In this document: positions 53,663 through 63,165 of the stretch, one piece after another
Layout: each line of letters opens with the position of its first letter
How positions within the stretch are numbered: the stretch's first letter is position 1
Program-made: the position numbers and the translations under genes
IMG/VR virus record: IMGVR_UViG_3300033072_000033
Coordinates: 7,788 to 71,787 of that record
Strand: one strand, 5' to 3'
Source of the DNA: a virus
Taxonomy: Duplodnaviria; Caudoviricetes
Length of the DNA stretch: 64,000 bases
The notes under the pieces: generated by a model
Told to the model about the DNA's origin: nothing
What the model saw: only the letters and a program-made list of their open reading frames with translations
Database searches by the model: none

Positions 53663-54231
53663 TTGGTGAAGACATTCTTAGTGACTTCGGAACCCACTTG
53701 CCTAAACTCGTGGGATGTCGAACAGCAGAAGGTCATATCCGAATCCTAAGAAAGATGCTAAAACCTTTCAATGTGAAGTTAAATAAAATCCTAGATACCT
53801 CCAACAGTTCCTTTAGCTGTATGACTGTTGGGGGTTTCTATGATCCGGGTCTTGATTTTGGTAATAAAGACATTCAGATCTATTTGTCTATCAATGAATT
53901 CCAGAGTAACGATAAGTTTGATCTAGATGTTCCTGATGCGACTATCCTGATTGTGGAGATCTTTAAGACTTTGATGCATGAGTTAAGGCATCGATATCAG
54001 CATTCAATTCGGGCGTATGATACATTTCGCCCAGTTATCTTTGAGGATACCGAGAAGGATTATTATAGTGATCCTGATGAACTTGATGCGTATGCTAGGG
54101 AGGCTGCGATTGAGATGAGTTTGGGTAATAGATCAGCAACGAAAGATAAATATAAAGAACTGTTTCATAAAGATAGTCAAGTCCTAAAGCGATTCCTAAA
54201 GAAATATTACTTAGCGTATACCCATGAATAA
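53659..54231 (+). CDS. Hypothetical HExxH zinc-peptidase-like protein
   Basis: LMHELRHRYQH and YY.DPDELDAYA. Confidence 0.55.
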   Translation: MIGEDILSDFGTHLPKLVGCRTAEGHIRILRKMLKPFNVKLNKILDTSNSSFSCMTVGGFYDPGLDFGNKDIQIYLSINEFQSNDKFDLDVPDATILIVEIFKTLMHELRHRYQHSIRAYDTFRPVIFEDTEKDYYSDPDELDAYAREAAIEMSLGNRSATKDKYKELFHKDSQVLKRFLKKYYLAYTHE

Positions 54232-54703
54232 TACATCAGAACTACGATTGATCGGAATGAAGTACATCGATCTTAAGCATCATATTAACAATTTATCGGG
54301 GATGAAAGATAAATTGCAGGATGAACAAGATAAGAGTATGAAGTTCCTGATCACTATGGCAGAACGACATTTCACTAAGCTAACACCACTGTTTGTCAAT
54401 AAGGTTCATATCAATAGCGTTCTCAAGAAGTATATCCGAGATAACGTAGAGTTTCACTTGATGGATGATGGTAAGATTAAAGACATCGATAAAGTGTCTG
54501 GTGCGATCATTAAAGATATTGAGAATCATTATAATAAACTCATTGTGGCATCTAAGCGTGAGGATAGTAAGCATAACCGAATCATTGAGAAGAGTGAGTT
54601 GATTCGATTCTTTCGCAGCAACACAGATCAGTTGAAGTTGTTTCTGGAGTTGCTGAATCTTTTGCGTGATATTAAGTTGACATCTGTGAAAAGGGTGGTA
54701 TAA
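54224..54703 (+). CDS. Hypothetical helical protein
   Basis: 159 aa ORF in frame-tight cluster. Confidence 0.5.
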   Translation: MNNTSELRLIGMKYIDLKHHINNLSGMKDKLQDEQDKSMKFLITMAERHFTKLTPLFVNKVHINSVLKKYIRDNVEFHLMDDGKIKDIDKVSGAIIKDIENHYNKLIVASKREDSKHNRIIEKSELIRFFRSNTDQLKLFLELLNLLRDIKLTSVKRVV

Positions 54704-54978
54704 TGGGATTTGATATCAAGAAGGTTATGGCTGAGTATGATGATGTGGATGACTTCGGTTTCACTTCAGAAGCAGATGTTGATTATGATTCGGTGATTGC
54801 AGAGAAAGACGAGACAGTTGAGGAGTATAAGCAACGTCTGGAACAAGTCGAAAAGATCATCCTACCATTTCTCACTAAGCTTCTGAAGACTGCCGATCAA
54901 CCTGTTATTCGCTGGCCTGATCGTGGTCCTATTATTGAAAAACAGATCGAGAAGATCTTAACATTGACTAGAGGTTGA
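54703..54978 (+). CDS. Hypothetical protein
   Basis: DDFGF...L.PFLTKL.K....I.WP.R motif recalled from T4-like phages. Confidence 0.6.
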   Translation: MGFDIKKVMAEYDDVDDFGFTSEADVDYDSVIAEKDETVEEYKQRLEQVEKIILPFLTKLLKTADQPVIRWPDRGPIIEKQIEKILTLTRG

Positions 54979-55181
54979 TTATGAACGAACGAATTAGAGA
55001 ACTTGCTGAACAGGCACACTTGTCATGGTGTATAGAAAATGACTTTGACCGAGTGAATTTGCAAGAGTTCGCTGAATTACTCGAAAAAGAATACACCAAG
55101 GATTGCCGAGATATGTTCATTGTTGGTAGTGTTAGTTGGAATCTACTAAACGAAAAATTACAAGCAATCGGAGTCGAATGA
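54975..55181 (+). CDS. MNERIRELAEQA-type small protein
   Basis: Begins MNERIRELAEQA, ends IGVE. Confidence 0.65.
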   Translation: MIMNERIRELAEQAHLSWCIENDFDRVNLQEFAELLEKEYTKDCRDMFIVGSVSWNLLNEKLQAIGVE

Positions 55182-55459
55182 TGAACGAACGAATTAAACT
55201 GCTATCAGATCAAGCTCTAGATGAGGCTATTCCATATACTTGGACAACACTCAGTTATGAAGAAATACAGAAGTTACAAAATAGATTTGCAGAGTTGCTT
55301 ATTCGGGAATGTATCGGCATTTTAGAAACAGAGATTGAGTTAGTTAAAGGATATAAGTCTACTGCATGTAATGCTTTTGATGAAAGATGGCATAACGGTA
55401 AAATTGAACACTTTACTAAGTTAGTGGGAAAGTGTGAGAAACATTTTGGAGTTGAATGA
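55178..55459 (+). CDS. MNERI-type small protein paralogue
   Basis: MMNERIKLLSDQA..FAELLIREC..KHFGVE; ATG 55178 overlaps upstream stop. Confidence 0.65.
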   Translation: MMNERIKLLSDQALDEAIPYTWTTLSYEEIQKLQNRFAELLIRECIGILETEIELVKGYKSTACNAFDERWHNGKIEHFTKLVGKCEKHFGVE

Positions 55460-55602
55460 TGAACGAAGAAGTAAAACCCGATATCCTTCCTATATCTGGT
55501 GCTGGGCAAGAAGGCACCGAAACACTAGTGAATAAGTACAAGAACGATACACCAGGGCAAACTGTGAAAACCTTTAAGGACTGGTTGAAAAAAGTAATTT
55601 AA
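55456..55602 (+). CDS. Small protein with GAGQEGT..KY..DTPGQ motif; not in the ORF track
   Basis: Hand translation MMNEEVKPDILPISGAGQEGTETLVNKYKNDTPGQTVKTFKDWLKKVI (48 aa). Confidence 0.55.
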   Translation: MMNEEVKPDILPISGAGQEGTETLVNKYKNDTPGQTVKTFKDWLKKVI

Positions 55603-55617
55603 ATATGGGAGTTTATA

Positions 55618-56451
55618 ATGAAGGATGTGATAATTGGTTGTTCCACGAATTATACATGGGAACAACTAAAGTACTGGGTTAATTCCATCAATCAATCAGG
55701 ATTTGATGGCGATAAAGTCTTGATCCTGATGAACTGTGATAAAGATGCAGTCAAGAAAGTTACAGAAGCCGGATTTTCTGTTGTCGGATTCAATCAAGAC
55801 GCAGAAGGCAATCTAACATACCAAAGTCAATTGATGGTGCATGTGGAGCGATTCCTGCATATCTACAATGTGCTTCGTAGTAATGAGTATCGATATGTGA
55901 TTACGACTGATGTGAAGGATGTTGTATTTCAGCATGATCCAATCAAAGGCATCAAGAATCAACTCGGAGAGCGTCAGAATCTAATCTTTGCTTCTGAGAG
56001 TATCCGATATAAAGATGAGCCTTGGGGAAACCAGAACCTACTTGATACGTTCGGTCCATACTTCCACGAGCAATTCAAAGATAACGAAATCTTTAATGTG
56101 GGTGTACTTGCTGGTCGTGGTTTCGCTGTTCGTGATCTGTGCTGTAATATCTTTCAAGCAGCAGTGAATCGAATTCCTATCTGTGATCAATCCTATTTCA
56201 ACTTCCTAATTTCACAAGAACCATATAAGTCTACTGCACGATATTGTAAGTCAGAAGATGGGTGGGCTTGTCAATTGGGTACTACTGCGGATCCTTCTAA
56301 GATTGATTATTTCCGGCCATTTCTTATGGAACCATCACCTAAAATGGTTGATGATAAAGTGGTGACATCAACCGGAAAAGAGTTCACGATTGTCCACCAA
56401 TATGATCGTTGCCCTGAGTGGCGTACTATTATTGAGAAGAAATATGGCTAA
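55618..56451 (+). CDS. Putative GT-A glycosyltransferase-like protein
   Basis: TTDVKDVVFQ, IFNVGVLAG, DQSYFN, IVHQYDR. Confidence 0.6.
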   Translation: MKDVIIGCSTNYTWEQLKYWVNSINQSGFDGDKVLILMNCDKDAVKKVTEAGFSVVGFNQDAEGNLTYQSQLMVHVERFLHIYNVLRSNEYRYVITTDVKDVVFQHDPIKGIKNQLGERQNLIFASESIRYKDEPWGNQNLLDTFGPYFHEQFKDNEIFNVGVLAGRGFAVRDLCCNIFQAAVNRIPICDQSYFNFLISQEPYKSTARYCKSEDGWACQLGTTADPSKIDYFRPFLMEPSPKMVDDKVVTSTGKEFTIVHQYDRCPEWRTIIEKKYG

Positions 56452-57397
56452 AATTGTTTATGTTGTTCATCGCTACGCTCCATATCCCGGTGGCTCTGAG
56501 AATTATGTACGTGATATGGCCGAAGAAACACTTTATCGTGGTCATGAAGTATCTGTATTCGCCGGGGAACATCAAGGCGATCTAAATGGCGTTCATGTGA
56601 CTAGTGATCCTTCTGTGTTCTTGGATGCTGATCTAGTAGTCGTTCATGGTGGTGATGTGGGCTGGCAGGATAACATTCTAATGCAATGCCAGAAGATCAA
56701 CGCACCTACAATATTCATGTTGATCATTCCGTCTGAGTCTCCTGTATATCAATTCGCCCGTAACCATGTCGCGTATATCGGATGTTCTACAAATGAAGAC
56801 TGGAACTATGTAACTTATCATTGCCTTCGTGATAAAGCGATTCGGATTCGTCATGGTATTGATCCTATGATTTCTACAGGTCAATTAGGATTCCGCGAGA
56901 AGTATGATATCAAGACTAAGTATATGTTCTTGTCTTGTGGTGGATACTGGCATAATAAACGAATGCAAGAACTCGTAGACATCTTCAATCAAGTCGGTAG
57001 GGATGATATTACTCTGGTGACAACGGGATATGATAATCGTTTTGGTATCAAGCCCGAAGATTCTAAGTATGTCAAGAATTTACTTCTGGATGATCGAGAT
57101 GATGTAATGTCCGCAATCCGTGAGGCTGATCTATATGTGATGCACTCTAATCGTGAAGGTTTTGGGTTGGTTCTATTAGAGGCGATGCTGAATAAAACTC
57201 CGTGGGCTGCAACGAATATGGCTGGCGCACGATTAATGAAAGAATTCGGATTTGTCTATGATACTGATGACGAACTTCTTAATTACATGAAGAACTTTGA
57301 GTCAGTATCCGAGAACAAGATTGAAGACGCCTATGATTATGTGACATCAAACCATATGATACAAAACACCGTTGATGATATTTTAAAGAAACTATGA
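56444..57397 (+). CDS. GT-B (GT4-like) glycosyltransferase
   Basis: YPGGSE..V, ADLYVMHS..EGFGLVLLEAM; ATG 56444 preferred. Confidence 0.85.
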   Translation: MAKIVYVVHRYAPYPGGSENYVRDMAEETLYRGHEVSVFAGEHQGDLNGVHVTSDPSVFLDADLVVVHGGDVGWQDNILMQCQKINAPTIFMLIIPSESPVYQFARNHVAYIGCSTNEDWNYVTYHCLRDKAIRIRHGIDPMISTGQLGFREKYDIKTKYMFLSCGGYWHNKRMQELVDIFNQVGRDDITLVTTGYDNRFGIKPEDSKYVKNLLLDDRDDVMSAIREADLYVMHSNREGFGLVLLEAMLNKTPWAATNMAGARLMKEFGFVYDTDDELLNYMKNFESVSENKIEDAYDYVTSNHMIQNTVDDILKKL

Positions 57398-58023
57398 AGA
57401 TTACATTTGGAATTACGACTGACTATTCAAACCCGACACAACTTGAAGCAGTAACAGATTCAATCCATGATCTGAATATACCCAATTATGAAATCCTGAT
57501 AATTGGCAGTAAGTACGACATCTTTGCAAATAATACTCTACATATTAAGTTTGACGAGACAGTAAAGCCTGGATGGACTACTCGCAAAAAGAACATTCTA
57601 TGCCAAACAGCACAATACGAAAATATTGTTCTGATGCATGATTATTACCGCTTTGATCATGATTGGTATGTTAATATGCGAAAGTTCTCTGAAGATGTGC
57701 CTTGGGATATTTGCTCGTGCCAACAGCTAATGATCAACGGCAAGAGACATTTCACTGACTGGGTAACTTGGGATGATCCGATCTTTCCTCGATATTCAGC
57801 CCTGCCTTATGATGAATGGACAAGAGCACCATATATGTACATCTCAGGTGGATTCTTTATGGTTAAGAAACAAGTAGCCTTAGATAATCCATTCAATGAA
57901 GATCTAGTACATGGTCAAGCAGAGGATGTGGAATGGTCTCTAAGAGTCAGAGATAAGTATAGAATCGTTTGTAATGGAGCCGCTATAACCCGGCATTTGA
58001 AAGAGCATAGAGATGCAAAATAA
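57394..58023 (+). CDS. GT2-like glycosyltransferase
   Basis: ITFGITT, YEILII, KKN.L...A.YENIVLMHDY, ISGGFF, EDVEWS. Confidence 0.7.
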   Translation: MKITFGITTDYSNPTQLEAVTDSIHDLNIPNYEILIIGSKYDIFANNTLHIKFDETVKPGWTTRKKNILCQTAQYENIVLMHDYYRFDHDWYVNMRKFSEDVPWDICSCQQLMINGKRHFTDWVTWDDPIFPRYSALPYDEWTRAPYMYISGGFFMVKKQVALDNPFNEDLVHGQAEDVEWSLRVRDKYRIVCNGAAITRHLKEHRDAK

Positions 58024-59398
58024 TTATTTGTGTGTTTTTGATTTAGATGGTGTGTTGATTGATTCACGAGAACTTCACTATGATGCTCTCAATGAAGCAC
58101 TGCGCAAGGTTGGTGAACAATATATCATAACCCGCGAAGAACACCTGTCTAAGTATGATGGTCTTAATACCACCAAGAAACTAAAGATGTTGACTGAGGA
58201 TAAAGGTCTCCCAGTTCAAGTATATGATCAAGTGTGGAATGATAAACAGAAAGCCACCTTTGAGTTAATCAGAACCTGCCCCCAAAATTCATCGGCTCGT
58301 TATATCGTAGAACAACTAAAGCTACGTGGATGGAAAGTTGCAGTGGCTTCTAATAGTATCCGAGAAACTGTTCGGGTCGCTCTGGACGCACTCGGTATCC
58401 TTGGCATGATTGATTATTATGTCAGCAATGAAGACGTAAAGCATCCGAAGCCATTTCCAGAGATGTACTGGAAGTGTATGACAGCCTTGAATACACTGCC
58501 TAAGAATACGATCATTGTTGAAGATAGTCATATTGGACGCGAAGGTGCTATGAATTCTGGTGCGCACTTGTATCCGGTTAAAGACGCCTATGAATTAAAC
58601 GGTAAGAAGTTCATGGAGATGATCGATGAATTTGTCGCCCAACATAATAAGAAAAATATCCCTTGGAGAAATAAGAAGATGAATGTGTTGATCCCTATGG
58701 CTGGTGCTGGTAGTCGGTTTGCGAGTGCTGGTTATACATTTCCAAAGCCGCTGATTGAAGTTAATGGAAAGCCGATGATTGATGTAGTGGTGAATAATCT
58801 CAATGTTGACGCCCACTTCATTTTCCTAGTACAAAAAGAGCACTACGAGAAATACAACCTGAAGCAACTCCTGAACCTCATCGCCCCAGGTTGTGATATC
58901 ATTCAAGTTGATGGATTGACAGAAGGTGCTGCTTGTACTACACTATTGGCTAAGGATCTGATCAATAACGACGAACCTTTGATGATGGCTAATTCGGATC
59001 AATTTGTTGAATGGAACTCAAACGAATGTCTGTATGCGTTCTCTGCCGATAATATTGATGGTGGTATTGTTACATTCGAAGCAACACATCCGAAGTGGAG
59101 TTTCGCTAAGGTTGGTGAAGATGGCTTTGTGTCTGAAGTGGCTGAGAAGAATCCGATTTCAAACATTGCGACTGCTGGGATTTACTATTGGGCACACGGA
59201 TCTGACTATGTTAAGTATGCAGAACAGATGATTGAGAAGGATATCCGAACTAATGGGGAGTTCTATGTTGCCCCAGTGTTTAATGAAGCAATTGGTGATG
59301 GTAAGAAAATCCGAGTCAAGATGATCGAGAAAATGTGGGGACTGGGTATTCCCTCTGATTTGGATTATTTTATGAACCATTATAAAGGTACAGTATGA
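58013..59398 (+). CDS. HAD phosphatase fused to a sugar/polyol-phosphate nucleotidyltransferase
   Basis: FDLDGVLID, KP.PE.Y, IVEDS (HAD); LIPMAGAGSRF..PKPLI, ANSDQ, GEFYVAP (NTP transferase). Confidence 0.88.
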   Translation: MQNNYLCVFDLDGVLIDSRELHYDALNEALRKVGEQYIITREEHLSKYDGLNTTKKLKMLTEDKGLPVQVYDQVWNDKQKATFELIRTCPQNSSARYIVEQLKLRGWKVAVASNSIRETVRVALDALGILGMIDYYVSNEDVKHPKPFPEMYWKCMTALNTLPKNTIIVEDSHIGREGAMNSGAHLYPVKDAYELNGKKFMEMIDEFVAQHNKKNIPWRNKKMNVLIPMAGAGSRFASAGYTFPKPLIEVNGKPMIDVVVNNLNVDAHFIFLVQKEHYEKYNLKQLLNLIAPGCDIIQVDGLTEGAACTTLLAKDLINNDEPLMMANSDQFVEWNSNECLYAFSADNIDGGIVTFEATHPKWSFAKVGEDGFVSEVAEKNPISNIATAGIYYWAHGSDYVKYAEQMIEKDIRTNGEFYVAPVFNEAIGDGKKIRVKMIEKMWGLGIPSDLDYFMNHYKGTV

Positions 59399-60114
59399 GA
59401 GTAGCAGTAATTCTGACGGGGCATCTTCGTTGTTGGAAAGATGTGTTCCCTAACTTTAAAGAGAAGGTAATTGATCGATTCAACCCTGATATCTTCATTC
59501 ACACCTGGAATGAAGAGGGTTGGTGGATTCCAGGTGATAAGCAAAACGAAAAGGGGTATTTTGAAGATACTCCATTAATTGATAAAGACGAAATCATTAC
59601 AACATATCAACCAAAAGGTCTTGCTATTGAAGATTGGAATGACTATAATCACCTTTTTGAAATGCGTGGTGAGTTATTTGAGAACTATGCACATCGACCA
59701 AAGAATATTCTATCGATGTTTCATAAGATCAATCGCGGTGTTGATATGATGGAGGACTATGTTTCTCAGACCGGTGAGTTTTACGATCTGGTGATTCGAA
59801 TGCGTCCTGATATGATTTTCAATGAAGATCTACCAGAGTTCAATCCACACAAGTTCTATACCATTGCCCACCGAAATCATCTGGGACAAGGTACAGGTGA
59901 TCAAATTCAAGTGGGTAATATGATGAGTATGATCATGTTCTCAAAGGCGTCGTGTTATATGACTCACCTTTATGCGGCAACAGGTCTTTTGTGTCCTCAT
60001 GTAATTTCACTGCAATGGATTCAAGATCTGGGTTTGGATTGGCAGGAATTCGCAATTAACAAAACTTTAATGCATACACCAAAAGGTCCGTATGTCGAAA
60101 TGGATAAACAATGA
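59395..60114 (+). CDS. Hypothetical glycan-biosynthesis protein
   Basis: VAVILTGHLR, DIFIHTW, YDLVIRMRPD motifs recalled from polysaccharide loci. Confidence 0.55.
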   Translation: MRVAVILTGHLRCWKDVFPNFKEKVIDRFNPDIFIHTWNEEGWWIPGDKQNEKGYFEDTPLIDKDEIITTYQPKGLAIEDWNDYNHLFEMRGELFENYAHRPKNILSMFHKINRGVDMMEDYVSQTGEFYDLVIRMRPDMIFNEDLPEFNPHKFYTIAHRNHLGQGTGDQIQVGNMMSMIMFSKASCYMTHLYAATGLLCPHVISLQWIQDLGLDWQEFAINKTLMHTPKGPYVEMDKQ

Positions 60115-60824
60115 CTGTAACTTATAAAATTATTGAAGGCGAACCAAGTGATTGGGATAAAATTACTGATCTCAAAGATGGCCCTGTTCAATACGAAATG
60201 ACTGCAACCAACAACATCAAAATGGTTCAGCATCCATATCCATATTCAATCAAGGAAGCAGAATTTAATTATCTGACAGGCTTGATTACTGAACATAAAC
60301 TTCAGCGTGGGTATGAATGCGCGACTGCTTTTGGTATTAGTTCTCTTGCTATCGGTCTAGGCTTCAAGAATACTGGTGGTAAATGTGTCACTATGGATGC
60401 TTATATTGAAGAAAAATGTAAAGATCCAGGCGCTTATGAGAAGTTTGAACGAGAAGTCTATGAACAAGCTGATGGTCTGAAATCGGTTAAGTATTTGATT
60501 GAAAAATTCGGTCTTCAAGAGAATCTATTCCCAGAGATCGGTTGGAGTCCTACTGATACTGAAGCCGCTGTTCGTAAGCACATTCAAGAACCATTAGATT
60601 TTGCGTTCATCGATGCTGGACACTTTCCTGAGCAAATGATTAAGGATATCGATGCAGTTCTCCCTTTGCTGGGGGATAAGTATATTCTGGCGTTCCATGA
60701 TGTATATCCGTGGAGTTTCAGCGACGCAGTACACGAGCACCTATTCAACAAAACCGGCAAGCGAGTAGAGATTAAAGTCCCACACCCCGCTGGTGAAAAT
60801 CTTGGAGTTTTGTTCAATATATGA
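60111..60824 (+). CDS. Class I SAM methyltransferase (Methyltransf_24-like)
   Basis: YECATAFG.SS, DFAFIDAGH, LAFHD. Confidence 0.75.
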   Translation: MTVTYKIIEGEPSDWDKITDLKDGPVQYEMTATNNIKMVQHPYPYSIKEAEFNYLTGLITEHKLQRGYECATAFGISSLAIGLGFKNTGGKCVTMDAYIEEKCKDPGAYEKFEREVYEQADGLKSVKYLIEKFGLQENLFPEIGWSPTDTEAAVRKHIQEPLDFAFIDAGHFPEQMIKDIDAVLPLLGDKYILAFHDVYPWSFSDAVHEHLFNKTGKRVEIKVPHPAGENLGVLFNI

Positions 60825-61282
60825 TGTTAATTTCTCATCGTGGTAATCTCAATGGGCCACAACCAGAACTTGAAAATAGTCCTAGATATATTCAAGCTGC
60901 GTTAGATGCTGGATATTCCGTTGAGGTTGATTTATGGGTTATAGACGATATTCCGTACTTGGGGCATGATAAATCTCAATATCCGGTCTATATGGAATGG
61001 CTCAAAGAACGCCAGACAAAGCTCTGGATCCATTGTAAGAATCGTGCAGCATTGGAGTTTTGTCTGGATAATAAACTCCATTGTTTCTATCATGACAAAG
61101 ATGACTATACCATGACCAATTGTGGTTATGTTTGGGCATTTCCTGGTCAACCAAAGGCGGGACCATTCACTATTATGGTTCTTCCAGAGTGGTATAATTC
61201 ACCCAGCGAAATCAAAGAATTGGATTGTTTCGGTATCTGCTCTGATTATGTAGAACTTATAAAACACCTAAATAAACCATAA
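60821..61282 (+). CDS. GDPD/PI-PLC-like phosphodiesterase domain protein
   Basis: ISHRGN, VEVDLW, YLGHD, WIHCKN, GICSDY. Confidence 0.75.
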   Translation: MMLISHRGNLNGPQPELENSPRYIQAALDAGYSVEVDLWVIDDIPYLGHDKSQYPVYMEWLKERQTKLWIHCKNRAALEFCLDNKLHCFYHDKDDYTMTNCGYVWAFPGQPKAGPFTIMVLPEWYNSPSEIKELDCFGICSDYVELIKHLNKP

Positions 61283-61306
61283 ACAATTACTGCTGTAGAG
61301 GCGGAC

Positions 61307-62815
61307 ATGAAATTTAAAGCATTTAACACCCAAGATCGAACATCTATTGATAGTTTGTTTGAGTCTTTCCTTACTGAAGGCGTCCATGATAAGGGCATCT
61401 TCAAAGCAGTATTTCTATCTGGTGGACCCGGTTCTGGTAAAGATTATGTACTAGACAACACGCTACAGGGTCATGGTCTAACAGAAGTCAATCTTGATAA
61501 ATCCCAAGAATTCCTCTCTGCTAAAAACACAGTATCTGAAGAAGTTAAAGCTAAGAACGTCTCCGAACTTCGTCAAAAACTAGCAATCTCTGGTAGAAAC
61601 GGTTTAATCGTTAATGGTACTGGCGAAGATGCTGAGAAAATCGCCAAGATCAAAGCCGGTCTAGAAGAAATCGGTTATGATACCATGATGGTTTTCGTGG
61701 TGACTGATGATGAAGTATCTCGTCAACGTAATATTGAACGAGGTCAGAAGGGTGGTCGTACTGTCCCAGAAGATTCTCGTAAAAAGAAATGGGATGCTGT
61801 TACTAATACTCGCCCTCAATTAGCAGAACTCTTTGGTGAGAACTATATTGAGTTTGATAATTCCATTGATCTACGAAATGCGACCCCAGATATCGTTAAG
61901 CAGAAGAAAGATGAACTCGCAGAACTTTCGGATAAGATCGGTGAATTTGTTGCGAATCCTCCAGAGAATGAAATCGCTCAAGAATGGATCGCGGCACAAC
62001 TCAATAAGCGCACCAAAGTATCCAAGAATGGCTCAGATCTAACTGCGCCAGAAGGATCCGAGGCACACGAAGCTGCTGGTAAACTCGGACTTGATTACTA
62101 TGGTTCTGGAAAATACGGTAAGAATGGTAACGTAACTCATCATTCAGTTCATGGTAAGTTAGTAGAACCCAAGAAAGAAAAAGTAAAAGAATCAATTGAT
62201 CAGGATTTCAGTACATTCTTATCTGAAGCAGTTACTGTTGCAATTACTGGTGATACTGCCGAAGAAGCCATTAATGCTATTCGTATGTTGACTGGTGGAT
62301 CTGATGAGGTTCAAGACCAAAGCACCATGTCAAATTCTAATGCACGAACACTATTACAACTTAAAGCACATTCAAAGATCCCCACGGCCAACATTCCAGA
62401 GCCGATTTGGGGTTCATCCAATACTCAAGAAAAGGTAGAAAACAATGCTGAATACAATTATCAACTGGGTGAAGAGCCTGTTCAAAACAACACCGGTAGA
62501 ACCATGCTCTCCGAGTCCAGCGGAAGCGGTTGTGGATATGGAAACGCTGCCAAAGCAAAAAAGACAATATCACAAGCCAAAAGCCAACTCAAGCAAAAAA
62601 TCAACGAAATCGACCAAGGCACCGAAGTAGGAATTGCGATGTCTGGTGGTGGTGAAAATGCTACCAGAGGAAGCCTAAGTATTCGTGCAAAGAAGCGACC
62701 ATTTGATGAGATGCAAGGCGATGAAACCACAGCATCCATTGGTGATCGCAAAGAAGATGAACTACTCAAACAAGGAATTTCACTAAGTTCGTTTAAGAAG
62801 AGAAATTATCAATGA
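61307..62815 (+). CDS. P-loop kinase (zeta-toxin/AAA_33-like) with low-complexity extensions; probable head-internal protein
   Basis: AVFLSGGPGSGKD, LIVNGTG, S.QRN..R...GGRTVP, FDNS. Confidence 0.7.
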   Translation: MKFKAFNTQDRTSIDSLFESFLTEGVHDKGIFKAVFLSGGPGSGKDYVLDNTLQGHGLTEVNLDKSQEFLSAKNTVSEEVKAKNVSELRQKLAISGRNGLIVNGTGEDAEKIAKIKAGLEEIGYDTMMVFVVTDDEVSRQRNIERGQKGGRTVPEDSRKKKWDAVTNTRPQLAELFGENYIEFDNSIDLRNATPDIVKQKKDELAELSDKIGEFVANPPENEIAQEWIAAQLNKRTKVSKNGSDLTAPEGSEAHEAAGKLGLDYYGSGKYGKNGNVTHHSVHGKLVEPKKEKVKESIDQDFSTFLSEAVTVAITGDTAEEAINAIRMLTGGSDEVQDQSTMSNSNARTLLQLKAHSKIPTANIPEPIWGSSNTQEKVENNAEYNYQLGEEPVQNNTGRTMLSESSGSGCGYGNAAKAKKTISQAKSQLKQKINEIDQGTEVGIAMSGGGENATRGSLSIRAKKRPFDEMQGDETTASIGDRKEDELLKQGISLSSFKKRNYQ

Positions 62816-63165
62816 AATCTTTTAAACTATTTGTAGAAGAGTGCTGGAAAGGCTATGAAGCTTACGGCACTAAAAAGAAGAACGGCAAGACTGTTCCCAA
62901 TTGTGTTCCTGTTAAAGAAGATTGGCAGTCTGTAAATCGTAAAGATAAAACTGACGGTTTATCACAAAAAGCCGTTAATGCATATCGTCGTGAGAATCCA
63001 GGTTCAAAACTAAAGACTGCTGTGACTGAGAAGGATCCGAAGGGTAAACGAGCCTCACGTAGAAAATCATTCTGCGCACGTATGTCTGGTATGGAAGGTC
63101 CTATGAAAGATGAAAAAGGCGAACCAACTGCAAAAGCTAAAGCACTTCGCCGCTGGAGATGTTAA
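62812..63165 (+). CDS. Small basic protein, probable head-internal
   Basis: MKSFKLFVEE start; CWKGY..KNGKTVPNCVP; GLSQKAV.AYRRENPGSKL; RRKSFCARM..RRWRC. Confidence 0.7.
   Translation: MKSFKLFVEECWKGYEAYGTKKKNGKTVPNCVPVKEDWQSVNRKDKTDGLSQKAVNAYRRENPGSKLKTAVTEKDPKGKRASRRKSFCARMSGMEGPMKDEKGEPTAKAKALRRWRC

Noticed and set aside
55618-61282. Host chromosomal contamination or chimeric join at the glycan island
   Set aside because: Same strand, overlapping starts and stops, similar composition, and phage-type genes on both sides
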